Origin: an uncultured delta proteobacterium | GTDB lineage: Bacteria > Desulfobacterota > Syntrophorhabdia > Syntrophorhabdales > WCHB1-27 | NCBI GenBank assembly: GCA_963717985.1 | Contig: CAVQYC010000005.1 | Span: forward strand, 265,106 to 329,105 | DNA length: 64,000 nt | Reading direction: 5' to 3' | Shown here: positions 9,283-18,695 of the stretch, in pieces | How the letters are laid out: every line of letters starts with the position of its first letter | Position numbering within the stretch: position 1 is the stretch's first letter | Program-made: the position numbers and the translations under genes | The notes under the pieces: generated by a model | Told to the model about the DNA's origin: nothing | The model's input: only the letters and a program-made list of their open reading frames with translations | Databases searched by the model: none

Positions 9283-9684
9283 TTACGGAGCTATCAGGTT
9301 GAGAGTGGGAAAATAGTTTCTGTACCGTTTACCGTCCCTGGTGAGAAGAGGCATGCCTTGCACTGCAGCGTGAGCCCCGATAAAGAAGTCAGGGAGGGGC
9401 GTAACTTTTCTGCCGCCTTTCTTTCTGTACTTGAGAAAGACTTTCCCAGCGAGAAAAGCGGCTTCCCAAGGGAGTGGGTCTTTCCGGAAGAACAGGGGAT
9501 CAAGGACTTCCTCCAGATCCTCGATAGAGGCAAAGCGTATTGATATCTCTGCATAGATAATGGGATTGATGACGAGGGTGTTCTTGTCTGCTTCAAAAGC
9601 CAGCTTCTCGGAGGACCAGGCGAACCACGCGGCATCGTTCGTAAGGACATCGAGAATAACGTTACTGTCGACAAGGACTTCCAA
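9283..9684 (-). CDS. vapC: PIN-domain toxin VapC
   Basis: 133 aa. N-terminal VLVDSNVILD and C-terminal LLTRD match the PIN acidic-residue pattern. It lies immediately downstream of an AbrB-type antitoxin gene with a 1-nt gap. Confidence 0.85.
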   Translation of the reverse strand: MEVLVDSNVILDVLTNDAAWFAWSSEKLAFEADKNTLVINPIIYAEISIRFASIEDLEEVLDPLFFRKDPLPWEAAFLAGKVFLKYRKKGGRKVTPLPDFFIGAHAAVQGMPLLTRDGKRYRNYFPTLNLIAP

Positions 9685-9685
9685 T

Positions 9686-9907
9686 TCAACCCCTTGTGAG
9701 GGCCATGATCTCGTCGGTCGTCATCCGGACCGAACCCTTGCCGCGAATGCGCTCGATAAGCTCTTTACCGCGGCCACCTGGTTTGCTTTTCAATACACAC
9801 ACGTTGTTCCCTTCCAGTGTGAACTCTACCTCTACTCCTGGCAGCAAACCGGCCTTATCCCTGATTTCTTGTGGAATTGTCACCTGACCCTTGCTGGTGA
9901 TCCGCAT
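9686..9907 (-). CDS. vapB: AbrB/SpoVT/MazE-fold antitoxin VapB
   Basis: MRITSKGQVTIPQEIRDKAGL is the classic SpoVT-AbrB swapped-hairpin motif. The ATG at 9907 is preceded by GGAGGG. The ORF track extends the frame to 9967. Confidence 0.8.
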   Translation of the reverse strand: MRITSKGQVTIPQEIRDKAGLLPGVEVEFTLEGNNVCVLKSKPGGRGKELIERIRGKGSVRMTTDEIMALTRG

Positions 9908-10210
9908 ATGATCCCTCCGCCTAGTCTTACTCTTACCAATATTACTGTATATTGAGAGAGAAGCCATGTCAAGGAGTCTACACGGGAAAGCCCTTCTCCT
10001 TCATGATTGCTTGTCCTCGCGCCGTCGCGATACCGACAACTGGTTGGTGTCATCATTCCTCGTCATCAGTGATAAGGAACTCAAAGGTGAGGAAGCAGGC
10101 GAAAGCCTTGTGGGCATCAGAAAAAGGCTGCACGGATGACCGAATAGGACTGTTTTCGGAACCGCCTCGCCGCACCTTTATACCGGTCGTGGCGCCGAAC
10201 GGAGAAGGGC

Positions 10211-10705
10211 TCACTGCGACACCTTGGCAATCACTCCCATGATATGGCCCTGGAGCGTCTGGTAGCTCTGGAAGTCGGTAAAGATAAAGGACGCCCCGAT
10301 GGTCGTCTGGCCGTTGGAGTGTGTATGCCTGGCCAGGCAATCCACGGTGAGCGCTCTCTCGCCTTCGGACAGGGTGAAGATCACGGAGATGGCAGACTCC
10401 TCCCCTGCCTCGCACTGAAAGCCCTGGGGGACCGATATCCGTATGCCGTCGAGGGAGATGTCCTGGAGCATTCCCGCGTGCACCGTCCCATCAAGGCCCC
10501 TCACAAGGGCGGGGATGGATATCTTTTTCCGAGGATAAAGGCGCTTCTCCCCGTCCACGTTTTTCAGCTCTCGCTCTTTTATGTGCGCATAGAGGATGTT
10601 CTCTATGAAGGAAGAAAGAGATCTCTTTTCCTCGCTGGAGATCTTCTCCAGCGCTTTGCGCAATTCCTCGCTCGTCCGGAAACATATTGTCGTATCCCTG
10701 CTCAA
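10211..10705 (-). CDS. Ribbon-helix-helix (CopG-like) / PilZ-domain fusion protein
   Basis: The N-terminus TICFRTSEELRKALEKISSEEKRSLSSFIENILYAHI fits an RHH fold. Both PilZ signatures are present: RLYPR (RxxxR), then DISLDG (DxSxxG) about 20 residues later. Confidence 0.7.
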   Translation of the reverse strand: MSRDTTICFRTSEELRKALEKISSEEKRSLSSFIENILYAHIKERELKNVDGEKRLYPRKKISIPALVRGLDGTVHAGMLQDISLDGIRISVPQGFQCEAGEESAISVIFTLSEGERALTVDCLARHTHSNGQTTIGASFIFTDFQSYQTLQGHIMGVIAKVSQ

Positions 10706-10947
10706 GCGGTCCCTTTCTCCTCAATGAGATTATAAGCGTGCCGGGGTAGAAATGCTGCAAGAGTCATCGGAGATCAGCCGGAACTATTGCCTCAATTCCT
10801 TTTTCAACTGCACAAAATAGCCCCTGATATATTCATAGTCCCCTAACTCATCTTCTACAGTTTTCCCCCATTTTTGCCAATCGACCCACGTATTTATGCG
10901 GGTTTTCGGGCAATAATCTGAAAAACGGCCCTTTCCGTAGTGCCACG

Positions 10948-12659
10948 TTATTACCACTATTTGCTTGACAGGTAGGATAATAGTATTTAGTATAGTGGTG
11001 ATATGTTCTTCAGAACCAAGAAGTCGGGACCCCGGGAGTATCTCCAGATCGTCCGCAATCGAAGGGATGAAGGAAAGGTGAAACAGGAGGTCATCGGAAC
11101 CATCGGCCGGACCGATCTCCTTAAAGAAAGCGGTGCCATTGACAGCCTCCTCCGTTCGGGCGCCCGGTTCTCTGAAAGACTCGCCCTTCTGGATGCCTAT
11201 GAGAAGGGGGAGGCATCTCCGGCGAAAGATACGAAGATAGGCATACTGCTTATCTTCGGTCGTCTCTGGAACGAACTCGGCATACGGGAAGTTCTCGATG
11301 ATCTTCTTGCCCGCCGCCAGTTCCAGTTTCCCCTCGAAAGAGCCCTTTTTCTTACAGTGCTCCACCGTCTCACAGAAACCGGTTCCGACCGCTCCTGCGA
11401 CGAATGGCAGAAGGACTACCGGATAGAAGGGACAGAAGATATCGCTCTTCACCATCTCTACCGGGCGATGGCATGGCTCGGTGAACCTCTTCCGGATCAA
11501 ACAGACGCTACGCCCTTCTCGCCCCGCTGTGTGAAGGACATCGTGGAGGAGAAGCTCTTCGAGAAAAGAAAGGATCTCTTTGCCGACCTCACCCTTGCCT
11601 TCTTCGATACGACGAGCATCTACTTCGAGGGCGAGGGGGATTACTTGGGGGAGTATGGTAACTCGAAGGACAGCCGGCCTGATCTGTTGCAGATGGTGGT
11701 CGGCGTCGTCTTGGACCGATCAGGCACTCCCCTCTGCTCCGAGATGTGGCCCGGCAACACGGCCGACGTAAAGACCCTTCTCCCCGTCGTCACACGACTG
11801 CAAAAGCGCTTCGGCATAGGCAGGATATGCATAGTCGCCGACAGGGGGATGATAAGCAGGGAAACAATCGCCGAACTCGAAAGAAACCACATCGACTATA
11901 TCCTGGGCGTCAGGATGAGAAGCCAAAAGGAGATAGGAACAGATGTTCTCTCCAGAGCCGGACGCTATCATGAGGTGGAAGAGAACCTGAAGGTAAAGGA
12001 AGTCCTGCACGGAGGCAAGCGTTATATCGTCTGCGTCAATGAAGACCAGGCGAAGAAAGATGCTCATGATAGGCAGGCCATAGTCGCGGCGCTCGAAGAG
12101 CGCCTGACGAAGGGGACGAAAGGCCTCATCGGGAATAAAGGCTATAGGAAGTACGTCAGGATGGAGAGGAATGCAGTGACGATCGACAACGACAAGATTG
12201 CCGATGAGGCGCGCTACGACGGCAAGTGGGTGCTCGCCACGAACACGTCCCTTAAACCGGAGCACGTGGCAAGACAGTACAAAAACCTCTGGATGGTGGA
12301 GCAGGCGTTCAGGACGATGAAATCCGTGCTCAACACACGGCCCATCTTCCACAAGAGGACCGAGACGATAAGAGGTCATGTCTTTTGCAGCTTCCTGGCG
12401 CTTATCCTCATGAAAGAGCTCAAGACCAGGCTTGCGAAGAAAGGCTGGAAGCTCGAATGGGACAGGCTGATCCGTGATCTCGATCATCTCAAGGAAATAG
12501 AAGTGTCGGCTGTCGGGAAAAACGTGATCATCAGAACGGAACTCAGGGGTGACACGGGCAAGGTGTTCCAGGCAGCGGGCGTCGCCGTCCCCTCTACAGT
12601 GAAACTGATAAACAGGACAGAGTCAGATGAGGCATGATCCCGTAACCCCAACCTCTTTT
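10948..12659 (+). mobile_element. IS1634-like (IS4 superfamily) element; boundaries inferred from an 11-bp flanking direct repeat
   Basis: GTAGTGCCACG occurs at 10937-10947 and again at 12660-12670, bracketing the transposase gene. I could not recognise convincing terminal inverted repeats. Confidence 0.5.
11003..12637 (+). CDS. IS1634-family (IS4 superfamily) DDE transposase
   Basis: 544 aa. The N-terminus FRTKKSGPREYLQIVRNRRDEGKVKQEVIGTIGR is characteristic of IS1634-type transposases. Also present: DTTSIYFEG, VADRGM and a C-terminal YKNLWMVEQAFRTMKS block. Confidence 0.8.
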   Translation: MFFRTKKSGPREYLQIVRNRRDEGKVKQEVIGTIGRTDLLKESGAIDSLLRSGARFSERLALLDAYEKGEASPAKDTKIGILLIFGRLWNELGIREVLDDLLARRQFQFPLERALFLTVLHRLTETGSDRSCDEWQKDYRIEGTEDIALHHLYRAMAWLGEPLPDQTDATPFSPRCVKDIVEEKLFEKRKDLFADLTLAFFDTTSIYFEGEGDYLGEYGNSKDSRPDLLQMVVGVVLDRSGTPLCSEMWPGNTADVKTLLPVVTRLQKRFGIGRICIVADRGMISRETIAELERNHIDYILGVRMRSQKEIGTDVLSRAGRYHEVEENLKVKEVLHGGKRYIVCVNEDQAKKDAHDRQAIVAALEERLTKGTKGLIGNKGYRKYVRMERNAVTIDNDKIADEARYDGKWVLATNTSLKPEHVARQYKNLWMVEQAFRTMKSVLNTRPIFHKRTETIRGHVFCSFLALILMKELKTRLAKKGWKLEWDRLIRDLDHLKEIEVSAVGKNVIIRTELRGDTGKVFQAAGVAVPSTVKLINRTESDEA

Positions 12660-12684
12660 GTAGTGCCACGCCCTCTTTCTGTCT

Positions 12685-13311
12685 CTATAAGTCGTTAATT
12701 TTGCAGAAGAATAAATTTGTTGGTGTAGAAGATGAGCCTAATGCAAGCTCTCGCGTCTCCGGGAGAGCAAGTCCCTGCCACCTCTGCTCGATATCGTCGA
12801 GCATGTAATCTATCGGCTTTTTCCCATAATAGTGTCGGATATACCTGAGGATGCCTATGACCCCCAGAGTATCTATCTTATCGGCATCGTAGAGGATTTT
12901 AGATTCTATGCTCGTCCTCTGATCCGATGTTGCACTCACATCATGTACCCTGATGGCATGGAGAACGCGCTCTCTCTTTTCCGTGGGGAAATGGATTCTC
13001 TCCAGCACCGGCTCCGCCTTCTGGGCGCTCAGGGCGCCGTGAGCCGTATCGGGAATGTAGTGTCGACCGAGATCGTGCAGATAGACAGCAGCCACCAGTA
13101 TCTCGGGGTCCGCGTCGAGTTTCTTTCCCAGACGGTCGCAACGTTCCCGTACCCGGAGAATATGATCCAGGGCGTGCACCTCCGACACCGCCGGAGCCTT
13201 TTCCATCTCATCAAGGAGTTCCTTTTCAAGCACTGGTATCCAGCTCATCCAATGGTCTTTCCAATCATCCATCTGTGCCTCCCGATGCATAAGGGCGGTG
13301 CGGACGTCCAC
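12685..13311 (-). CDS. HD-domain metal-dependent phosphohydrolase
   Basis: H...HD pattern (HALDHILRV, VYLHDLGRH), a downstream HAIRVHD and YDADKIDTLG. The C-terminal 20 aa look atypical and end 15 bp from the IS1634-like flank. Confidence 0.75.
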   Translation of the reverse strand: MDVRTALMHREAQMDDWKDHWMSWIPVLEKELLDEMEKAPAVSEVHALDHILRVRERCDRLGKKLDADPEILVAAVYLHDLGRHYIPDTAHGALSAQKAEPVLERIHFPTEKRERVLHAIRVHDVSATSDQRTSIESKILYDADKIDTLGVIGILRYIRHYYGKKPIDYMLDDIEQRWQGLALPETRELALGSSSTPTNLFFCKINDL

Positions 13312-13371
13312 TCGGAAGGGATTTCAGAAATCACTTCCGAGACGCAGGAAATCAGCGCATCACCTACGTAC

Positions 13372-13587
13372 CTACGATCTCTCTTCATCAAGAAGCAAAT
13401 AGACGTTACGTACCTCCTGGCCTACGGCATGGAGATAGTCGCGTACCGTTGTTGCGGCGCTGTCTACACTGCCTCCTGCGGCTGGTAAAAGGCCGTTGTC
13501 GATGAGCGCACACAGAATGTCAGTCGATAGCTTCATTATCTCTTCGGTCTTCACGTCGTGCCTCCTATCCGTCATTATCAAACGCAT
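13372..13587 (-). CDS. Small hypothetical protein (no recognisable domain)
   Basis: A 71-codon ORF fills the gap between the ATPase and HD genes on the same strand. There is no motif support. Confidence 0.25.
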   Translation of the reverse strand: MRLIMTDRRHDVKTEEIMKLSTDILCALIDNGLLPAAGGSVDSAATTVRDYLHAVGQEVRNVYLLLDEERS

Positions 13588-13598
13588 ACACCGAGTTA

Positions 13599-14765
13599 CT
13601 ATCTCAACACGTGCTCATGGGGAAATTCATTCCGAAGGGCATTGACAAGATCGGTAAGCCCTACGAATTGGACGGCTACATTTCCGGCAATACGAGAGAA
13701 CGGCCTATCCACGTCTGACGCGACAACGAAATTCGCACCTGCAGGATACCATCTTCTGAAAATATGAAGGTTTTTGGCGTCAAAGTCCGACGCGGACCAT
13801 TTACATTCGATCGCTATCGGATCGCCGCCACGCACATCGAGTATTATATCGATCTCGTGGTTATTCTTGTCTCTCCAGTAGTACAGTTGCCGCGTCTGGA
13901 GCCTGGCGAAAAGCTCATTCATCACATAATGTTCCCAGAGCACTCCCATGTCTTCACTCCGCAGATCGTACCATCCACGATAGTAGCAGTGGAAGCCCGT
14001 ATCGAAGGCGTATACTTTCGGGGCCGCGACAATTTCGGTAGGGCGATGCGAGCTGAAGGGCCGTATGACGTGTGCGATGAATGTTGTTTCGAGCACCGAG
14101 AGGTAGTTTGCAATAGTCGCTCTGCTCACCTCGCACGGTTTTGAGAATTTACTTGCTTCGAAAATACCACCACTTTGCGCCAAAAGCAACTCGACAAACT
14201 TCAAGAACGAGTGGCGCCGCTCAAGCCTGAAAAGCTCCTGGATGTCTTTAGCCCAGTAGGCGTCCATCCACTCCACGAAATCCCGTTCCGGGATGTCCTT
14301 GGAGAGAAAAAACGGGGGTAAGCCGCCTCGGAGAAAACGATGGGTGAGGGCTGTTTGTTGAAAAGCTTCAAGATCCGATGAGATCATCGGCGTGAGCCAT
14401 AACTCGGTCTTACGTCCGGTCAAGGTGTCCTTGAATTTGGAGGAAGCGCCGAGTGTCGAGGATCCTGTCGCAATTACCTTGGTTTCAGGGTAGTGGTCAG
14501 CCGCAATTTTGAGGATCTCCGATGGATTGTCGAGTCGGTGGATCTCGTCCAGAACGATTGTTCGGCCTTGTAGGCCTTGAAGAAAGCCCTGGGGGTCCTC
14601 CATCTCACGGCGTACTCGGGGCAGTTCACAGTCGAAGTATTCAATGTCCGGTATGCTTTTGCAAAGGTATGTCTTTCCGACGCGCCTAACACCCGAGAGC
14701 CACAGGACCGAACGTTGCTGCAGTTGTTCTTCAATGCGATGAATCCAGAAGTCCCGCTTTACCAT
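13599..14765 (-). CDS. AAA-family ATPase of the AAA_14 + DUF4143 type
   Basis: Walker A SGVRRVGKTY and Walker B IVLDEIH. The ~390-aa length and C-terminal architecture match this widespread stand-alone ATPase family. Confidence 0.75.
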   Translation of the reverse strand: MVKRDFWIHRIEEQLQQRSVLWLSGVRRVGKTYLCKSIPDIEYFDCELPRVRREMEDPQGFLQGLQGRTIVLDEIHRLDNPSEILKIAADHYPETKVIATGSSTLGASSKFKDTLTGRKTELWLTPMISSDLEAFQQTALTHRFLRGGLPPFFLSKDIPERDFVEWMDAYWAKDIQELFRLERRHSFLKFVELLLAQSGGIFEASKFSKPCEVSRATIANYLSVLETTFIAHVIRPFSSHRPTEIVAAPKVYAFDTGFHCYYRGWYDLRSEDMGVLWEHYVMNELFARLQTRQLYYWRDKNNHEIDIILDVRGGDPIAIECKWSASDFDAKNLHIFRRWYPAGANFVVASDVDRPFSRIAGNVAVQFVGLTDLVNALRNEFPHEHVLR

Positions 14766-15214
14766 ATGCTTATCATGATAACATATAGTGATTCTAACTG
14801 CAAACGGATATGACAGTTAGTGTTGACGGTGGGGACGTCGCTCTGCAAGATCATATGACAGAAGAACCGATGAGAAAGACGCATTCAGGATTGACATAGG
14901 CCGAACACTCTTATAGAGTAAGGGCGGCCGGGGCAGAAGCGCCGGAAGACCGTTCGGACAAGAGTGGGCAAAGCGTTCGAGGAAAATAGACTGGGCACTC
15001 CTGCCTGTTTGCGAGGGTCGGGCTTAAGTATGACTCCCGACCGCCGACCATATACGAAACTCGTCGCTGGATCATGAGCGACAATGTGCGTACCCTGGGG
15101 ACACCATGAGAGTGTGGAAATTTGGAGAAGGGAATATCACAACCTTGCTTTATTTCCTGCCTGCCATTGAAGACACCATTGAGACAGCAAAATCCGCAAA
15201 GGAGGCGGACAGAC

Positions 15215-16174
15215 ATGAAAAGACTCAACCTAGCAGCTATTTCCACACTATTCGTGCTATTTTTTGCGAACGCAGCGATATCCGCAACCTATCATATTTC
15301 ACCAGGCGGCAGTGACAGCAATCCGGGCTCCATTACCGCACCATTCGCAACTATAGGGAAGGCGGCCGCTCTGGTTAATGCGGGAGATACCGTAATCGCG
15401 TCGAACGGCACCTACTATGAGAATTACCAGGCGCAAGGAGTGTTCGGTCTTCTTCTCAGCAGAGGAGGGACCGCGAGCAACCCGATCCTGTTCATGTCTG
15501 CCAGCCCGGGCGGGGCGATCATCGATGGGAATAGCACGGTACAGATAGGAGTCTACATCCCCGCCAACTACGTACAGATCCAGGGCTTTCAACTGAGAAA
15601 CTTTTCGCGTGAAGGAGTATCGGTACACGGACAGTACGCGACGATAAGGGGGAACATCGTCAAAAACAACGGGAGCGATACCACCGTGAGTCCTACCCTC
15701 GGCCACAACGGGATCTACACCGACCAAAACGCCACGAATTCCATGGTAGACGGTAATATCGTCTACGGAAACGGCAGGCTCTCTTTGGGTTCCGGAATCC
15801 CTTACGGGTATTTAGATCAGGGGGTTTACGTTTGCAGTCCAAATTCCACTGTGCAGAACAACCTGATATACGGAAACCAGGCTTATGGCATCCAGATCGC
15901 CGGATATGTGAGCTTGAGTAATATCCTGGTGCAAAACAATACGATAGCCAGCGAGCAAAATGCCGGGGGCATCGTCATCTGGCAGGCCGGCGCCAAGGGC
16001 TGCGTTATCCAAAATAACACCGTGATGAACAATGCCGGCTACGGATTGGACTTCTTCGATGACGGCGGGGGACATGTCGTCCAGAACAACACATTTTACG
16101 GAAATGCTGCGGGCGGCATCGATCCATCAATGAGCGCGCAATACACAGGGTCGAATAATTTAGTCGGACCCTAG
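15215..16174 (+). CDS. Secreted right-handed parallel beta-helix repeat protein (DUF1565 / pectate-lyase-fold like)
   Basis: Signal peptide MKRLNLAAISTLFVLFFANAAISA, followed by TYHISPGGSDSNPGS. Repeated NN-I-x-GN-type turns occur (IRGNIVKNNG, VDGNIVYGNG, VQNNLIYGNQ, IQNNTVMNNA, VQNNTFYGNA). The ATG at 15215 follows AAAGGAGG. Confidence 0.75.
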   Translation: MKRLNLAAISTLFVLFFANAAISATYHISPGGSDSNPGSITAPFATIGKAAALVNAGDTVIASNGTYYENYQAQGVFGLLLSRGGTASNPILFMSASPGGAIIDGNSTVQIGVYIPANYVQIQGFQLRNFSREGVSVHGQYATIRGNIVKNNGSDTTVSPTLGHNGIYTDQNATNSMVDGNIVYGNGRLSLGSGIPYGYLDQGVYVCSPNSTVQNNLIYGNQAYGIQIAGYVSLSNILVQNNTIASEQNAGGIVIWQAGAKGCVIQNNTVMNNAGYGLDFFDDGGGHVVQNNTFYGNAAGGIDPSMSAQYTGSNNLVGP

Positions 16175-16181
16175 AGGACGC

Positions 16182-16389
16182 GTACCTTTTCTGCCGCCTT
16201 TCTTTCTGTACTTGAGAAAGACTTTTCCAGCGAGAAAGGCGGCTTCCCAGGGGAGTGGGTCTTTCCGGAAGAACAGGGGATCGAGGACTTCCTCCAGATC
16301 CTCGATAGAGGCAAAGCGTATCGATATCTCTGCATAGATAAGGGGATTGATGACGAGAGTGTTCTTGTCTGCTTCAAAAGCCGGCTTCT
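16182..16389 (-). pseudogene. vapC: Internal fragment of a second vapC gene
   Basis: 208 bp align base-for-base with vapC positions 9401-9608, with only about ten mismatches by eye. No start codon, no N- or C-terminal portion and no antitoxin partner are present. Confidence 0.8.
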
Positions 16390-16419
16390 AGGTCCATTGC
16401 CTGGGTGTGGTTTCAGCCG

Positions 16420-17316
16420 CTATTGACTCGGGTCGAGAAAGGAACTGTCCATTCTCTCTATAACATCATTCAGAGAGCCCGTGAACGGACCGGCGGATTC
16501 CATCTTGATCGATGCGAGCGCTGCGGCGAAGCGAAGCGAGTCTTCGACAGAATGATCCAGCCTGCGTGCCAGGTACGATCCCATAACGGTATCGCCCCGG
16601 CCCATCCTGCCCCGGGTGCTCCTGTTAGTAAATTTCGCAAACGTAGTTTTCCCCTTGCTGCGAGCCAGGGCTCCCTCCGAAGAAGTTATTATAGTCTCGG
16701 AACTTCCCCAGTCTTCCAGCCTGTCCGCCTGGTCCTGCAGAACTTCGGTACCCGTCAAGGTCTTTGCCTCCATGGCATCAAGCTTTACGAAATCGGCCAT
16801 GTCCAGGATTTCTTTTTTCTCCGGAACATCTTTAAGCTGGACGACCCCCGTCTCATCGTCCGCCTGGAGCACGAAGCTCTGCATATCCACTGACAAACGG
16901 AATCCGCGTGCCTTCAGTGCTCGCATCAAGTCCAACTGAAACTCGCGGACGCCCATGCAGCAAAGGTGGATCAGACACGCTTCAAAAGGAGGTATGTCTC
17001 TAATAGCAAAATGTTCTCCGCCCTTTATGAGAAAGGCCTGCCTTTGATCGACATTTGCGGTCGGGAAAACGACACGGTATCGAGTAATCTCTCCGGGCTC
17101 CACAAAGAGATCAATCCCGGCAGCTTTCAGCGGTTCCAGGAGGTATTCTTCGCTCTCGGAGATTTTCGTCACGGCGGCAATCCTTTTTCCCAGACAGGAG
17201 GCTGCTATTGGAGCAAAGAGTACCGGACTGCCCTGTTCGACGAAAGGGGATCCCTCGAAAGGAACAATTATACCCGTACCCAAGTGACCGATAAATACGA
17301 TATCGTAGCGATTCAT
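16420..17316 (-). CDS. PfkB-family carbohydrate/nucleoside kinase
   Basis: Ribokinase-like layout: N-terminal YDIVFIGHLG and a C-terminal GRGDT anion-hole-like motif. The ATG at 17316 is preceded by GGAGGG. Confidence 0.65.
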   Translation of the reverse strand: MNRYDIVFIGHLGTGIIVPFEGSPFVEQGSPVLFAPIAASCLGKRIAAVTKISESEEYLLEPLKAAGIDLFVEPGEITRYRVVFPTANVDQRQAFLIKGGEHFAIRDIPPFEACLIHLCCMGVREFQLDLMRALKARGFRLSVDMQSFVLQADDETGVVQLKDVPEKKEILDMADFVKLDAMEAKTLTGTEVLQDQADRLEDWGSSETIITSSEGALARSKGKTTFAKFTNRSTRGRMGRGDTVMGSYLARRLDHSVEDSLRFAAALASIKMESAGPFTGSLNDVIERMDSSFLDPSQ

Positions 17317-17337
17317 CTTCAGCCCTCCGGACATCTC

Positions 17338-17835
17338 CTACTTTTCCCATTCATAAAATTCAGTTTGTTTTGCTTCCAATTCTCTTCTTGCCGTCATCTT
17401 CTTTACTTCCATGACTATTGCTCTCGTTTCCAAGAGGGACGACCGTGATATCTCACGTTTCTCTTTCCCGTAATATTTCAGGAATTTATCCAATATTTCC
17501 TGAAGCTCTTGCTCATCCTCAACATACCTCGCATTACCGTAGGCTATTACGCTCTCCCATTTCCCATGACAGTTATTCCTGCTCTTAAAATCCTCCGGAG
17601 ATCCATAATATTTCATGATGGTATACACAACAGATGAGTTTCTTTTTATGTAATCAATCTTTTTCCCGCCGACAGCACAGTGAAAGTAAAAGTTGCCGTC
17701 TTCATACGCGTGATTCACCGGTACGGCATAGGGTTCGCTTTCGTGGCTGAATGACAACACTCCGTGATATGACCCTTTGATAATAGCTTCACACTCTTCA
17801 TTATTTGTTTCTGTAGGTTTGATTCTATATGTCAT
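17338..17835 (-). CDS. Pyridoxamine 5'-phosphate oxidase-like FMN-binding protein
   Basis: CEAIIKGSYHGVLSF...PYAVPVNHAYEDGNFYFHCAVGGKKIDYIK matches the Pyridox_ox_2/NimA-like pattern. The ATG at 17835 is preceded by GAGGAGG. Confidence 0.6.
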   Translation of the reverse strand: MTYRIKPTETNNEECEAIIKGSYHGVLSFSHESEPYAVPVNHAYEDGNFYFHCAVGGKKIDYIKRNSSVVYTIMKYYGSPEDFKSRNNCHGKWESVIAYGNARYVEDEQELQEILDKFLKYYGKEKREISRSSLLETRAIVMEVKKMTARRELEAKQTEFYEWEK

Positions 17836-17858
17836 TATGACCTCCTCTTGTCCAATGG

Positions 17859-18695
17859 CTAACAATTAACATACCACGTTGGTATTCTATGGTGACCTGT
17901 AATCTTCAAAAGAAAAGTTTCTATTGCACTGTTGACGACTTCCGGATGCGTCACCGGACCCATATGACCCATGCCCTCCAGTTCGAGTATTTTCGCATGT
18001 GGCAAGACTGAAGATAACAGCCTGGTCATAGCCCTGGCTGGAGCGGTCGATTTCGTTCCTGACAGAAGGAGGGTTGGAATATCCACCGCTGCGAAGGCAG
18101 CCAGGGGTATCGCCTCGTGGAATGATGCGTGCCATTCCGGACTCGCCGCACACATACTCGCGGCAAAAGCCGAACGTCGCGCTTCCGTCATGCCCTTCCA
18201 GGTGCCGGGGCCAATCCAGTAGTCAATGAAATATTCCCCCGCTCCCGCATAGTCCCTCCCATCGATCAACCGCTGGGTTTCGTCACGGTTGGTTGCTATA
18301 TCTCGTGCGGGGGCACTGCAAGGGTCATCAGCAATCAGGAGACTCCATAGCGCCGGCTCAAAGAGCACCAGTGACAGCAACCGCGGCAAATGGCGTAGGG
18401 CAGCTTTCAGTGCTATTGCGGCGCCCCAGGAGTGTCCAATAAGGTGGAACCTATCGGCGGCCAACCGGAAGACAGGCTCCAGGAGATCGACTTCGTCATC
18501 AACATGCATCCCACGGTGATCCGGCCAGGGGGGCGTGCGGCCATGCCCATAGAGGTCAGGGGCAATGAGCCGGAACCTGTCGGACAGTCTATCCATCAAG
18601 GAGCGCCACTGACCGGACGAGCTTGCGCTTCCGTGAATGCACACAACCGAAGGTCCGCAACCTGCTTCTCTATAACCGGGAATAGGTGTGTCCAT
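17859..18695 (-). CDS. Alpha/beta-fold hydrolase
   Basis: VVCIHGSASSSGQW oxyanion region, nucleophile elbow GHSWG and a C-terminal GHMGPVTHPE histidine motif. Confidence 0.8.
   Translation of the reverse strand: MDTPIPGYREAGCGPSVVCIHGSASSSGQWRSLMDRLSDRFRLIAPDLYGHGRTPPWPDHRGMHVDDEVDLLEPVFRLAADRFHLIGHSWGAAIALKAALRHLPRLLSLVLFEPALWSLLIADDPCSAPARDIATNRDETQRLIDGRDYAGAGEYFIDYWIGPGTWKGMTEARRSAFAASMCAASPEWHASFHEAIPLAAFAAVDIPTLLLSGTKSTAPARAMTRLLSSVLPHAKILELEGMGHMGPVTHPEVVNSAIETFLLKITGHHRIPTWYVNC

Noticed and set aside
12685-14765. HD hydrolase + small ORF + AAA ATPase as a candidate defence system
   Set aside because: The ATPase is of the common stand-alone AAA_14/DUF4143 type. No nuclease, sensor or effector signature links the three genes. 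Co-orientation next to an IS is not sufficient evidence.
14766-15214. Possible riboswitch or structured leader (for example c-di-GMP class) in the 450-bp divergent intergenic region upstream of the beta-helix gene, including a hairpin GGTCGGG-N13-CCCGACC at 15016-15042
   Set aside because: I could not match the GEMM-I/II consensus or any other riboswitch core by eye. The hairpin lacks a U-tract. A covariance-model scan would be needed, so it is not called.
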